DNA of 63,269 nt, counting the filler. It is 5 parts of 5 records of this genome, joined end to end, with 100 filler letters (N's around TTAATTAATTAA, not from the genome) between each part and the next. Parts side by side here need not be neighbours in the genome. Positions count along the whole stretch, not along the records: positions 1 to 20,045 come from SRR31156797_26293; 4 more parts are not named here. One strand, written 5' to 3'. The translations under genes were made by a program, and so were the position numbers. Below the pieces are notes generated by a model. The model had not been told where the DNA came from, searched no databases, and saw only the letters and a list, made by a program, of their open reading frames with translations. This document shows, in pieces, positions 1-9,261 of this stretch (its first letter is position 1; each line of letters begins with the position of its first letter).

Positions 1-444
1 CTGTGGGGCAAGCCGATGTGGGGCACCTGGTGGGTTTGGGATGCGCGCCTGACCAGCGTTCTGGTGTTGTTTTTCCTTTATTTGGGGTATATCGCGCTGA
101 TCAACGCCTTCGACGATCCGACCCGGGGTTTTAGGGCCGGCGCCATCCTGGCGCTGGTCGGTTTCGTCAACGTTCCGATCATCAAATTCTCGGTCGATTG
201 GTGGAATACGCTGCATCAACCGGCAAGCGTCATCAAGATGGGCGGACCGTCCATTCATCCCAGCATGCTGTGGCCGCTGTTGCTGATGGGGGTTGGATTC
301 ACCACCTATTTCCTGTGGGTCGTGCTGGTGCGCATACGCACCGAGATCATCGCCGGAAAAATCCGGGCGCTACGGCTCCGGCAGGTACAAACCGTTGTTC
401 CGGCTGCCGACGCGGTTTCGGCGCCGGCCGGCGTAAACGGATAG
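1..444 (+). CDS. ccmC: Heme exporter/cytochrome c maturation protein CcmC (5'-truncated)
   Basis: WWD motif WGKPMWGTWWVWDARLT and WWNTLHQ; first gene of the ccm run. Confidence 0.95.
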   Translation: MWGKPMWGTWWVWDARLTSVLVLFFLYLGYIALINAFDDPTRGFRAGAILALVGFVNVPIIKFSVDWWNTLHQPASVIKMGGPSIHPSMLWPLLLMGVGFTTYFLWVVLVRIRTEIIAGKIRALRLRQVQTVVPAADAVSAPAGVNG

Positions 445-453
445 GGCGGAAAG

Positions 454-657
454 ATGGAATCATTTGCTGCATTCTTCGAAATGGGTGGCTACGCCCGTTT
501 TGTCTGGCCCAGTTTCGGTGCGACCTTCGTTGTGCTGACCGTATTGCTGACCCTGAGCCTGCGGCGATGGAACAGGGAACAGCAAACCCTGGCCGTTCTT
601 CAGGCAGGGAAAAACAGGGCTTCGCGGCGCAGCACGGATGGAACCGATGCGGCCTAA
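454..657 (+). CDS. ccmD: Heme exporter protein CcmD
   Basis: 67 aa, FFEMGGYARFVWPSFG signature, single TM helix, lies between ccmC and ccmE. Confidence 0.9.
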   Translation: MESFAAFFEMGGYARFVWPSFGATFVVLTVLLTLSLRRWNREQQTLAVLQAGKNRASRRSTDGTDAA

Positions 658-1129
658 ACGCAAACGCCTGACCTTCGTTCTGATCGGATTGGGCCTGCTG
701 GCGGCATCGGCGGGGCTGATGTTGACCGCGTTCGAGGAAAACATCGTCTTCTTCTACAGCCCCAGCGAGGTCCACGAAAAAGATCTCGGAACCGATCGGC
801 GCATCCGCATGGGTGGCCTGGTCGAGGAAGGCAGCGTGCAAAAGCTTGAGGGCGGCAAAATCACCCGCTTCGTCATCACCGATCTGGCCGAGGTGGTGCC
901 GGTTGTCTATTCCGGCCTATTGCCGGACCTTTTCCGCGAGGGCCAGGGCGTCGTCGCCGAGGGTATCCTGCGCGAAGGCGTTTTCGTTGCCGACGAGGTG
1001 CTGGCCAAGCATGACGAAAACTACATGCCGCCCGAGGTCGCCGATGCCCTCAAGAAATCGGGCCAGTGGCAGCATGTCGAGAAGGCGCTGAAGGAATCCG
1101 GCCAGATGAACGAAGGCGCCGCTCAATGA
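647..1129 (+). CDS. ccmE: Heme chaperone CcmE
   Basis: LPDLFREGQG and heme-binding LAKHDENYMP motifs; start probably MRPKRKRL. Confidence 0.95.
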   Translation: MRPKRKRLTFVLIGLGLLAASAGLMLTAFEENIVFFYSPSEVHEKDLGTDRRIRMGGLVEEGSVQKLEGGKITRFVITDLAEVVPVVYSGLLPDLFREGQGVVAEGILREGVFVADEVLAKHDENYMPPEVADALKKSGQWQHVEKALKESGQMNEGAAQ

Positions 1130-3105
1130 TCGCTGAAATCGGGCATTTCGCCCTGGTGCTGGCGCTTTTCGTGTCGCTGGTTCAGGGAACCGTGCCGTTC
1201 GTCGGCGCCGCCCGCGGCGATGCCGCCTGGATGGCCGTGGCCCGGCCCGCCGCGGTCATACAGTTTCTTCTGGTGGCGCTGTCTTTCGCCTGTCTGACCT
1301 ACGCCTACGTGGTTTCCGACTTTTCGATCCTCAACGTCGCCAGCAACAGCCATTCGGCGAAGCCGATGATCTACAAGATTTCCGGCGTCTGGGCGAACCA
1401 CGAAGGATCGATGGTCCTGTGGATTCTGATCCTTACGGTTTTTGGATCCGCCGTCGCCGTCTTTGGCCGCAACCTTCCCGACGGCCTTCGAGCCCGGACC
1501 TTGGGCGTGCAGGCGTTGATTTCCTTCGGCTTCCTGCTGTTCATTCTGTTCACGTCGAACCCGTTCGAACGCCTGGTGCCGGCCCCGGCCGATGGGCGCG
1601 GGCTCAATCCGTTGTTGCAGGATCCCGGGCTCGCCCTGCATCCGCCGTTCCTGTATCTGGGTTATGTCGGGTTTTCCATCGCGTTCTCGTTTGCCATCGC
1701 CGGTCTGATCGAAGGCCGTGTCGATGCCGCCTGGGCGCGTTGGGTGCGGCCGTGGACGCTGGCGGCCTGGATATTTCTGACCGCTGGCATCGGGCTCGGT
1801 TCCTGGTGGGCCTATTACGAATTGGGCTGGGGCGGCTGGTGGTATTGGGACCCGGTCGAGAACGCGTCTTTCATGCCGTGGCTGGCGGGAACGGCACTGC
1901 TGCATTCGTCGGTCGTCGTCGAAAAGCGCGACTCGCTGAAGGGCTGGACCATCTTCCTGGCCATCGTCACTTTTTCCTTGAGCCTGCTCGGCACCTTCCT
2001 GGTGCGTTCCGGCGTTTTGACCTCGGTTCATGCCTTCGCCGTCGATCCGGCCCGCGGTGTTTTCATCCTGGTTTTGCTTATGGTCGCGGTCGGCGGGTCG
2101 TTGGCGCTGTTCGCCTGGCGCGGCCCGTCGCTGGCCGGCGGCGGTCTGTTTCAGCCGGTGTCCCGCGAGGGCGCCCTTCTGCTCAATAACCTGTTGCTGA
2201 CGACGGCGGCTGCGGTGGTGCTGTTGGGCACCCTCTATCCCCTGTTCCTGGACGCCATGGGCGGCGGCAAGGTTTCCGTCGGCCCGCCGTTTTTCAACGC
2301 CGTATTCGTTCCGATCATGGTGCCGCTGATCGTGGCGCTTGCCATCGGCCCGTTCCTGTCGTGGAAACGAAGCGATTTGACCGGGGCCCTGGCGCGCCTT
2401 CGCGTTGCCTTTGTGGCCGCCGCCGTCATCGGTCTGGTTACCTGGTATGTGATGGCAGACGGACCCGTATTCGCTTTTCTCGGCATGGCTTTGGCGGCCT
2501 GGCTCGGGGTCGGCGCCATCGCCGAATTGGCCGAACGGGTGCGTCTGTTCCGGGTGCCGATGAGCGAAAGCCTGCGCCGGCTCGGCCGCGTGCCGCGGGC
2601 GACCTGGGGCATGACGGTGGCGCATTTCGGATTGGCGGTCATGGTCGCCGGCGTTGTCGGGTCGTCGGCCTGGAAGATCGAGAAGATCCAGGTGATGAGC
2701 CGGGGTGATTCGGTCGAGGTCGCCGGTTACGAATTCGTTTTCGACGGCGCCCGGGAAGTCCAGGGTCCGAACTATCGGGCCACCCGCGGTTTGTTCCTGG
2801 TCAGCCGCGACGGCGAGCGCATCGCCGCCCTGTCGCCCGAGAAGCGCGTCTATCCGGTCGAGCGCCAGCCGACCACCGAAGCGGCCATTCGATCAACATT
2901 TCTGGGCGATCTTTACGCCGTCATCGGCGAGGGCGAGGGCAAGGGCGCCTTTGTGACGCGGCTCTATTTCAACCCGTTGGTTCCTTGGATCTGGGCGGGC
3001 ATCCTGATCATGGTCGTCGGCGGTTTGACCAGCCTGTCGGATCGCCGGCACCGGGTCGGTGCCCCGGCCCGACGCCGTTTGGCCGCCGCCGCCGCAAAAG
3101 CGTGA
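1126..3105 (+). CDS. ccmF: Cytochrome c heme lyase CcmF
   Basis: WAYYELGWGGWWYWDPVEN and VRSGVLTSVHAFA motifs; ATG overlaps ccmE stop. Confidence 0.97.
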   Translation: MIAEIGHFALVLALFVSLVQGTVPFVGAARGDAAWMAVARPAAVIQFLLVALSFACLTYAYVVSDFSILNVASNSHSAKPMIYKISGVWANHEGSMVLWILILTVFGSAVAVFGRNLPDGLRARTLGVQALISFGFLLFILFTSNPFERLVPAPADGRGLNPLLQDPGLALHPPFLYLGYVGFSIAFSFAIAGLIEGRVDAAWARWVRPWTLAAWIFLTAGIGLGSWWAYYELGWGGWWYWDPVENASFMPWLAGTALLHSSVVVEKRDSLKGWTIFLAIVTFSLSLLGTFLVRSGVLTSVHAFAVDPARGVFILVLLMVAVGGSLALFAWRGPSLAGGGLFQPVSREGALLLNNLLLTTAAAVVLLGTLYPLFLDAMGGGKVSVGPPFFNAVFVPIMVPLIVALAIGPFLSWKRSDLTGALARLRVAFVAAAVIGLVTWYVMADGPVFAFLGMALAAWLGVGAIAELAERVRLFRVPMSESLRRLGRVPRATWGMTVAHFGLAVMVAGVVGSSAWKIEKIQVMSRGDSVEVAGYEFVFDGAREVQGPNYRATRGLFLVSRDGERIAALSPEKRVYPVERQPTTEAAIRSTFLGDLYAVIGEGEGKGAFVTRLYFNPLVPWIWAGILIMVVGGLTSLSDRRHRVGAPARRRLAAAAAKA

Positions 3106-3124
3106 TGGGGCCGGAGTAAAGGTT

Positions 3125-3661
3125 TTGAAACGGCTTATTTTTGTCATTCCGTTGATCGGCTTCATCGCCATCGCCGCCTATCTGGCGGTGGGGTTGACCA
3201 AGGATCCGCATGTGCTGCCGTCCGTCCTTATCGACCAGGAAGTGCCGCCCTTCGACTTGGTCGCTATCGAAGGCCGGGAGAAGGGTTTTTCCCGCGACGA
3301 CCTGCTGGGCGAGGTGACGCTGGTCAACATTTTCGGGTCCTGGTGCGTGGCCTGCCGGGTCGAGCATCCGTTCCTGATGGAGATCAAGGAAAAGGGCCTG
3401 ATCCCCATTCACGGCATCGACTGGCGCGAGGTGGACCGGTCCGCCGGTCCCGCCTGGCTGGCCCGCTTCGGCGATCCCTACAGCCTGATCGGGGATGACC
3501 CCGAGAGCAAGGCGGCCATCGCTTTTGGTGTGACGGGTGCGCCGGAAACCTTCGTCGTCGATAAACGCGGCGTCATCCGCTACAAGCATATCGGCCCGAT
3601 GACGGCCCAGATTTGGCAAGACACCATCCGTCCGATGGTCGAGGAGTTGCGCAGCCAATGA
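3125..3661 (+). CDS. ccmG: Periplasmic thiol:disulfide oxidoreductase CcmG/DsbE
   Basis: WCVAC thioredoxin motif, GVTGAPETF; TTG start after GGAG. Confidence 0.92.
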   Translation: MKRLIFVIPLIGFIAIAAYLAVGLTKDPHVLPSVLIDQEVPPFDLVAIEGREKGFSRDDLLGEVTLVNIFGSWCVACRVEHPFLMEIKEKGLIPIHGIDWREVDRSAGPAWLARFGDPYSLIGDDPESKAAIAFGVTGAPETFVVDKRGVIRYKHIGPMTAQIWQDTIRPMVEELRSQ

Positions 3662-4134
3662 AGAGCCTGATCCTTTTCCTGGTGCTGCTTGTCGTTCCGG
3701 TGCCGGCCCTGGCGGTTTTGCCGGGCGAGGTGCTGTCCGATCCGCTTCTCGAGGAACGGGCCCGGGACATCAGCAAGAACCTGCGCTGTCTGGTCTGCCA
3801 GAACCAGTCTATCGACGATTCGGATGCCCAGTTGGCCAAGGACCTGCGGGTTCTGGTCCGCGAGCGACTGGTTGCCGGAAGCTCCGATACCGAGGTCATC
3901 GACTATGTGGTGTCGCGCTACGGCGATTTCGTTCTGCTCAACCCGCCGTTCAAGGGAACCACAATTGTGCTGTGGATCGGCCCCCTGGTCATTGCCGGCT
4001 TCGGCATCATCGGCATCTTCGTTTTCTTCCGGCGCCGCGCCGCGCCGGCGAGCGCACCGGCCGGTGCGGGGCCGCTCAGCGATGACGAAGCGCGACGGGT
4101 GCAATCCCTGATCGATGACGGAGACGGCGCATGA
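3658..4134 (+). CDS. ccmH: Cytochrome c biogenesis protein CcmH
   Basis: LRCLVCQNQSIDDS motif, RYGDFVL. Confidence 0.95.
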   Translation: MKSLILFLVLLVVPVPALAVLPGEVLSDPLLEERARDISKNLRCLVCQNQSIDDSDAQLAKDLRVLVRERLVAGSSDTEVIDYVVSRYGDFVLLNPPFKGTTIVLWIGPLVIAGFGIIGIFVFFRRRAAPASAPAGAGPLSDDEARRVQSLIDDGDGA

Positions 4135-5342
4135 TCGGTTTCTGGATCGCGGCGATCGTTCTGCTGGCGGCGACGACGGCCATCTTCCTGCGCGTCATGA
4201 TGCGCACACCGGCAAAGGCCGGCGCCGATGCCGAACGCGACCTGGCAGTCTATCGTGACCAGTTGACAGAGGTCGAGCGCGATCTCGATCGCGGTGTTCT
4301 GGCGGAAAACGAAGCCGAGGCGGCGCGCACCGAAATCAAGCGGCGCATGCTGGCCGCCGCCGATGCCGGCGAAAAGGCTTCGGCGTCGGTGCGTCCGGTG
4401 CCGCCGACATTGCGCGGCGCGGCCTTGAGCGCCGTTGCCATCCTGGTCCCGGCCGGCGCTCTCGGAGTTTACCTGCTTCTCGGTTCGCCCGGCGTGCCGG
4501 ACCAGCCCCTGGCGGCGCGTTCGCCCGTAACCCGGACGGTGGTTGAGGACCAACAGCGCCAGCACGACCAGATGCAGCAGTTGACCGAACGTTTGGCCGC
4601 CCAATTGCAGGAAAACCCGGATCAGCCCGATGGCTGGCTGTTGCTCGGCCGCTCGTACCGCACGGCCGGCAATCACGCCGGAGCCGCCGAAGCCTTCGAG
4701 CGTGCCCTCGATCTCACCGGGCGCGATCCCGCCGTCCTTTCCGAATATGGCGAAATCCTGGTCCTGGCCCATGACGGTACGGTGAGTGAACCGGCGCTCG
4801 CGGTTTTTCGCGAGACGCTGGAGCGGGCGCCGACGGAACCGCGTTCGCGGTATTACCTCGGCGTTTCCAAGGCGCAACAGGGCGATGCCCGTGGTGCCAT
4901 TCAGGAATGGATCGACCTAGTTGCCGTATCGGCGCCCGACGCCCCGTGGCTGGGCGACGTAGAAAACCGCATTCGGGTGGCCGCTTCGGCGGCCGGCATC
5001 GATGTCGCCGAGATCGCGCCGTCGGCGGGCCTGCCGCCGGCTCCGCCACCGATGGCAGCTGCCGAAACCGCCCCGCCGCGCCCGCAAACTCCAACTCGCG
5101 CTGCCGAGGACGCATCCGGCCCGAGCGCCGATGACATGCGGGCCGCCGCCGAGATGACGCCCGAGGAACGCCAGGACATGATCCGGTCCATGGTCGAAGG
5201 CTTGGCCGAGCGTCTCAAGGACGAACCCGACGATGCCGCCGGCTGGCGCCGGCTGGCCCGTGCCTATCAGGTCTTGGGCGAGATCGAAAAGGCGGCCGAT
5301 GCGATCGCGGCGGCCGAAGCCGCCGAAGCCCGCACTAAGTAA
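4131..5342 (+). CDS. ccmI: Cytochrome c biogenesis protein CcmI/CycH (TPR)
   Basis: VYRDQLTEVERD, second TM helix then YLLLGSP, TPR-like PDQPDGWLLLGRSY. Confidence 0.9.
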   Translation: MIGFWIAAIVLLAATTAIFLRVMMRTPAKAGADAERDLAVYRDQLTEVERDLDRGVLAENEAEAARTEIKRRMLAAADAGEKASASVRPVPPTLRGAALSAVAILVPAGALGVYLLLGSPGVPDQPLAARSPVTRTVVEDQQRQHDQMQQLTERLAAQLQENPDQPDGWLLLGRSYRTAGNHAGAAEAFERALDLTGRDPAVLSEYGEILVLAHDGTVSEPALAVFRETLERAPTEPRSRYYLGVSKAQQGDARGAIQEWIDLVAVSAPDAPWLGDVENRIRVAASAAGIDVAEIAPSAGLPPAPPPMAAAETAPPRPQTPTRAAEDASGPSADDMRAAAEMTPEERQDMIRSMVEGLAERLKDEPDDAAGWRRLARAYQVLGEIEKAADAIAAAEAAEARTK

Positions 5343-5349
5343 ATCGCGA

Positions 5350-6294
5350 TCAGTCGTCCCGGTGGTCGGACGGCGGTTCGGTGTCGTCGTCGGGCCAGAT
5401 GCGGACCCGGTTGCGCCCGGCCTTTTTTGCCGCGTACATGGCCTGATCGGCGTGGTCGATGGCGGCCATGATCGAATCTTCCGGCTTCAGGGCGCTGATT
5501 CCGAATGACGCGCTGACCGAAATCTCGGTGTTCTCGCCGACCGACAGGCGGCGCCTTTTCAGGCCCCGTCGCAGGCGGTCGAGCACCCGCTTGGCCCGGC
5601 GCGGATGGGTGCTGGGCAGGAGGATGAGGAATTCCTCGCCGCCGTAGCGGCAGATCTGATCGTATCGCCGCAGGTTGTTCAGAAGATAGGTCGCCACCTC
5701 CTGCAAAACGATGTCGCCGACATTGTGACCGTGGGTGTCGTTGACGTCCTTGAACTTGTCGATGTCGACCATGCCGACGCTGCTGTGCTCGCCGGTGCGC
5801 GAGACCCGTTCGCGTTCCTGGTCGAGGCGCGGCAGCATGGCAAAGCGGGTGGCGATGCCGGTTAGCGGATCGGAGAATCGCAACTGTTCCCGCGCTTCGT
5901 CGAGGATCCGGTTCACCTTGGTCCGGAAGCGGTCGATGTTGCGCTGGAACGCGCGGTAGGTATTGGGCGAGATCTTGCCTTGTTTCTTGGCGATATGGGC
6001 CAGGTTGCGGGCGATCTGATGCAGTTCGCGGTGATGGCGGCCCAACGTCTGGTAATCGGGGTGATGGCGCAAATGTTCGTTGCCGTAATGGTGGTACCAG
6101 CGGCCGAATTCGTCCTTCAGATGACCGCCCGGCGCCAGGTCGTCGCGGGCCGGCTGGGTCCGGCAGACCAGCATCGCCTGGAAGCGCCGGACCCAGGAAT
6201 AATGTGCCTCCAGCGCCTTTTCCAGGTCCTGAACGATGTTTTCGGCGTCGGCCACCGTCAGCGGTGGAAATACCTGATCGTCCGGCACACACAA
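5350..6294 (-). CDS. Diguanylate cyclase with N-terminal CZB-like domain (DgcZ-like)
   Basis: AHYSW...FGRWY...HHRELH CZB pattern; DPLTG, DIDKFKDVNDTHGH, RxxD I-site (RRYD) and GGEEF. Confidence 0.88.
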   Translation of the reverse strand: MCVPDDQVFPPLTVADAENIVQDLEKALEAHYSWVRRFQAMLVCRTQPARDDLAPGGHLKDEFGRWYHHYGNEHLRHHPDYQTLGRHHRELHQIARNLAHIAKKQGKISPNTYRAFQRNIDRFRTKVNRILDEAREQLRFSDPLTGIATRFAMLPRLDQERERVSRTGEHSSVGMVDIDKFKDVNDTHGHNVGDIVLQEVATYLLNNLRRYDQICRYGGEEFLILLPSTHPRRAKRVLDRLRRGLKRRRLSVGENTEISVSASFGISALKPEDSIMAAIDHADQAMYAAKKAGRNRVRIWPDDDTEPPSDHRDD

Positions 6295-6525
6295 TCCCTT
6301 TCGACGATTATGGGCATCTCACTCTGTTAAAGACTGCCCGAGATTTAAGGCAATTCAAAGGTGGATTTTGTCGATTTCATGGCGTTGCCCCCGTTCGGCC
6401 GGCGAATGCCTGTGTCCCCTTTGCAACCGCACGGCACTTGGCTTATCATGAGAATCTAATAAATCGCGGCGCTTCCGCCCGGTTGGAGGCGCCGTTTTCA
6501 ACGTTAAAAAACGGGGGATCGACCA

Positions 6526-8388
6526 TTGAGTCAAGCCGCTGAAGCGAAGCGGAATGCGCCGCAATTGATGTCGGGCAACGACGCCGTCGCCCGCGGGGTG
6601 TGGGAGGCAGGGGTGCGTGTCGCCGCCGCCTATCCGGGAACGCCGTCGACCGAAATTTTGGAAAGTCTGTCGCGCTATCCCGACATCCACGCCAATTGGG
6701 CGGTTAACGAGAAGGTCTCGCTGGAAATTGCCATCGGCGCCGCCGTTTCCGGATCGCGCGCCTTCGCCGCGATGAAACATGTCGGCGTCAACGTCGCTTC
6801 CGATGCCCTGATGTCGCAGACCCTGGCCGGCACCTCGGGCGGGCTGGTCGTTGCGATTGCCGACGACGTCGGGCTGTCGTCGTCGCAGAACGAACAGGAT
6901 TCGCGCTATTGGGGCCGTTTCGGGCATTTGCCGATTTTGGAACCCTGCGATAGCCAGGAAGCGCTCGAAATGACGCGGTTTGCCTTCGAGCTTTCCGAGA
7001 AATTCGAGACCCCGGTGATTTTGCGGATCACCACCCGGGTCAGCCATGTCAAAAGCGTCGTCACCGTCGGCGAGCGTGAAATTCATGCCGCCAAGGGCTT
7101 CGAGAAGAACCCGGCCCGCTGGGTGCTGGTGCCGGCGATCGCCAAGCGCCGCCTCGGCGATCAGTTCGCCCGGGATAAGGCGCTGGCCGAATACGCCGAA
7201 GGCTGCGACTTAAACCGCATCGACGAAGGTGCCGACAAACGCTTCGGCTTCGTCACTTCGGGCCCGGCCTATTCGCACCTGAAAGAGGCCTTCCCCGACG
7301 CCCCGGTCTTCAAGTTGGGCCTGAGCCATCCGCTTCCCTTCGCGCGCATTGCCGAATTCGCCAAAACCGTGGAAAAGGTGATCGTCGCCGAAGAGACCGA
7401 GCCGCTGATCGAAAAGGAATTGAAGGCGGCCGGCATCGCGGTTCACGGCAAGGACGTCCTGCCGGCCACCGACGAGTTGACGCCCAACGTCGTCGGCCCG
7501 GCGGTGAAGGGTTTTCTGGGTGAGGCGGTCGAGGCGAAGGATCTGCTGAAACCCGATGTTTTTCCCAGGCCGCCGACCATGTGCGTCGGCTGTCCGCACC
7601 TGTCGGTCTATTACTGCCTGTCGCGCCTGAAAAAACGGGTCAACATCGCCGGCGATATCGGGTGTTATACGTTGGGCGCCGGCCATCCGTGGAACGCGCT
7701 CGATACCTGCACCTGCATGGGCGGCTCGATGGGCATGGCGCTGGGCATGGACCTGGGCCGCGGCGAGGCCGACAAGGACAAGGGCATCGTTGCCGTTATT
7801 GGTGACAGTACTTTCCTGCACATGGGCATGCAGGGGTTGCTCAATATCGTCTACGAACAGGGCAACGTCACGGTGCTTTTGATGGACAACCGGGCCACCG
7901 GCATGACCGGCGGTCAGGACCATCCCGGCACCGGCGCCGACATCAGGGGCGATAGCGCGCCGCAGGTCGACTTCGCCAAGCTGGTGGCCGCCCTGGGCGT
8001 CAAGGATGAACGCATTCGCGTCGTCGATCCCGGCAACATGCCGGAGCTGTTCAAGACGCTCAAATCCGAGATCGCGACGCCGGAACCTTCGGTCATCATC
8101 ACCAACCGCCCTTGCACGCTGATCGATTGCTTCTGCAAGGACAAGCCGTATGCGGTCGACGAGGACGCCTGCACCGGTTGCACCAACTGTCTGAACGTCG
8201 GTTGCCCGGCCATCCTGGTGACGCGGACCGGCACCGAAAAAACGCCGAAGGGCAAGGATGTCGAGCGCAAGTGGGTGCGAATCGATACCGCGGCGTGTAC
8301 CGGTTGCGGCCTCTGTCCCGACACCTGCGGCCCCGGCGCCATTCAGCCGGCCGAGAAGGTGGTTGCGGGTCCGGGTGCGGGAGTTTGA
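6526..8388 (+). CDS. iorA: Indolepyruvate:ferredoxin oxidoreductase alpha subunit
   Basis: YPGTPSTEI, MKHVGVNVASD, RPPTMCVGCPH, GDIGCYTLG, TPP motif GDSTF..DN, two C-terminal 4Fe-4S motifs. Confidence 0.93.
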   Translation: MSQAAEAKRNAPQLMSGNDAVARGVWEAGVRVAAAYPGTPSTEILESLSRYPDIHANWAVNEKVSLEIAIGAAVSGSRAFAAMKHVGVNVASDALMSQTLAGTSGGLVVAIADDVGLSSSQNEQDSRYWGRFGHLPILEPCDSQEALEMTRFAFELSEKFETPVILRITTRVSHVKSVVTVGEREIHAAKGFEKNPARWVLVPAIAKRRLGDQFARDKALAEYAEGCDLNRIDEGADKRFGFVTSGPAYSHLKEAFPDAPVFKLGLSHPLPFARIAEFAKTVEKVIVAEETEPLIEKELKAAGIAVHGKDVLPATDELTPNVVGPAVKGFLGEAVEAKDLLKPDVFPRPPTMCVGCPHLSVYYCLSRLKKRVNIAGDIGCYTLGAGHPWNALDTCTCMGGSMGMALGMDLGRGEADKDKGIVAVIGDSTFLHMGMQGLLNIVYEQGNVTVLLMDNRATGMTGGQDHPGTGADIRGDSAPQVDFAKLVAALGVKDERIRVVDPGNMPELFKTLKSEIATPEPSVIITNRPCTLIDCFCKDKPYAVDEDACTGCTNCLNVGCPAILVTRTGTEKTPKGKDVERKWVRIDTAACTGCGLCPDTCGPGAIQPAEKVVAGPGAGV

Positions 8389-8390
8389 CC

Positions 8391-9014
8391 ATGAAAAAGC
8401 AAAGCCAAGGCATCACCAACATCATGGTCGTCGGCATGGGCGGCCAGGGCGTCATGACGGCCGCCGAGATCCTCGCCCAGGCGGCGCTCGCATTGGGCTT
8501 CGACGTCAAGAAGACCGAAGTCGCCGGCATGGCGCAGCGCGGCGGCGTCGTCGGTTCGCACATCAGGTTTGGCGATAAGGTCATGTCGTCGTCCATCGCG
8601 CCGGGCGAGGCCCATATCCTGGTCGGTTTCGAACCGGCCGAAGCCTACCGATGGTGCCCCTATTTACGCCCCGACGGGGTGGCCATGGTGAACACACTTC
8701 GCCAGCCGCCGCCGGTGGTGAACATGGGCCTGTTCGAATACCCGGACGATCCCATCGCCGACATGCGCACCGCCGGAGTGAATGTGTTCGATTTCGACGC
8801 CGGCACCATCGCCAGGGATCTCGGCGAGATGCGCATGATCAACACCATCATGCTTGGTGCCATCTCGGATCACCTGCCGTTTGCGCCGGAATCGCTCAAG
8901 GAGATCATCGTCGAGGGCTTCCGGGCCCGCAAACCGGCTCTGGCCGATCTCAACGCCAAGGCCTTCGAAGCGGGCCGCGAGGCGGCGTCCGCGGCGCAGG
9001 GCGTGCCGGCCTAG
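8391..9014 (+). CDS. iorB: Indolepyruvate:ferredoxin oxidoreductase beta subunit
   Basis: GMGGQG and GMAQRGGVVGSHIRFG; 2 nt after iorA stop. Confidence 0.92.
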   Translation: MKKQSQGITNIMVVGMGGQGVMTAAEILAQAALALGFDVKKTEVAGMAQRGGVVGSHIRFGDKVMSSSIAPGEAHILVGFEPAEAYRWCPYLRPDGVAMVNTLRQPPPVVNMGLFEYPDDPIADMRTAGVNVFDFDAGTIARDLGEMRMINTIMLGAISDHLPFAPESLKEIIVEGFRARKPALADLNAKAFEAGREAASAAQGVPA

Positions 9015-9026
9015 GTTCCGACGTCA

Positions 9027-9068
9027 TAAAATAAAAACACCGTTCGGGGCGGCTTCGGGCCGTCCCGA
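9027..9068 (-). terminator. Hairpin between convergent iorB and radical SAM genes
   Basis: 10-bp stem TCGGGGCGGC/GCCGTCCCGA (one mismatch) with an A-rich 5' flank that reads as a T-tract on the minus strand. Confidence 0.5.
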
Positions 9069-9261
9069 GTGCATTGACATCCCTGTCCGAAGCGGGCCTC
9101 CGTGGCCGGTTCTTGTCGCTTGTTCGCGCCTTCCTTGGTTCATGTCCCCGCATCGCGCGGCGCCGCCTCGCCGATGCGTAAGGCATCGCGGCCGGCACCG
9201 CGCCTGCCATTCGGCCGGTCAGGCTCGCAACGCAGTCATTCCAGGGTTTTTCAGCGGCCTG

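Noticed and set aside
9015-9261. Possible precursor peptide beside the radical SAM gene
   Set aside because: Candidate ORFs are Arg/Pro-rich, overlap neighbouring genes and show no leader-like features
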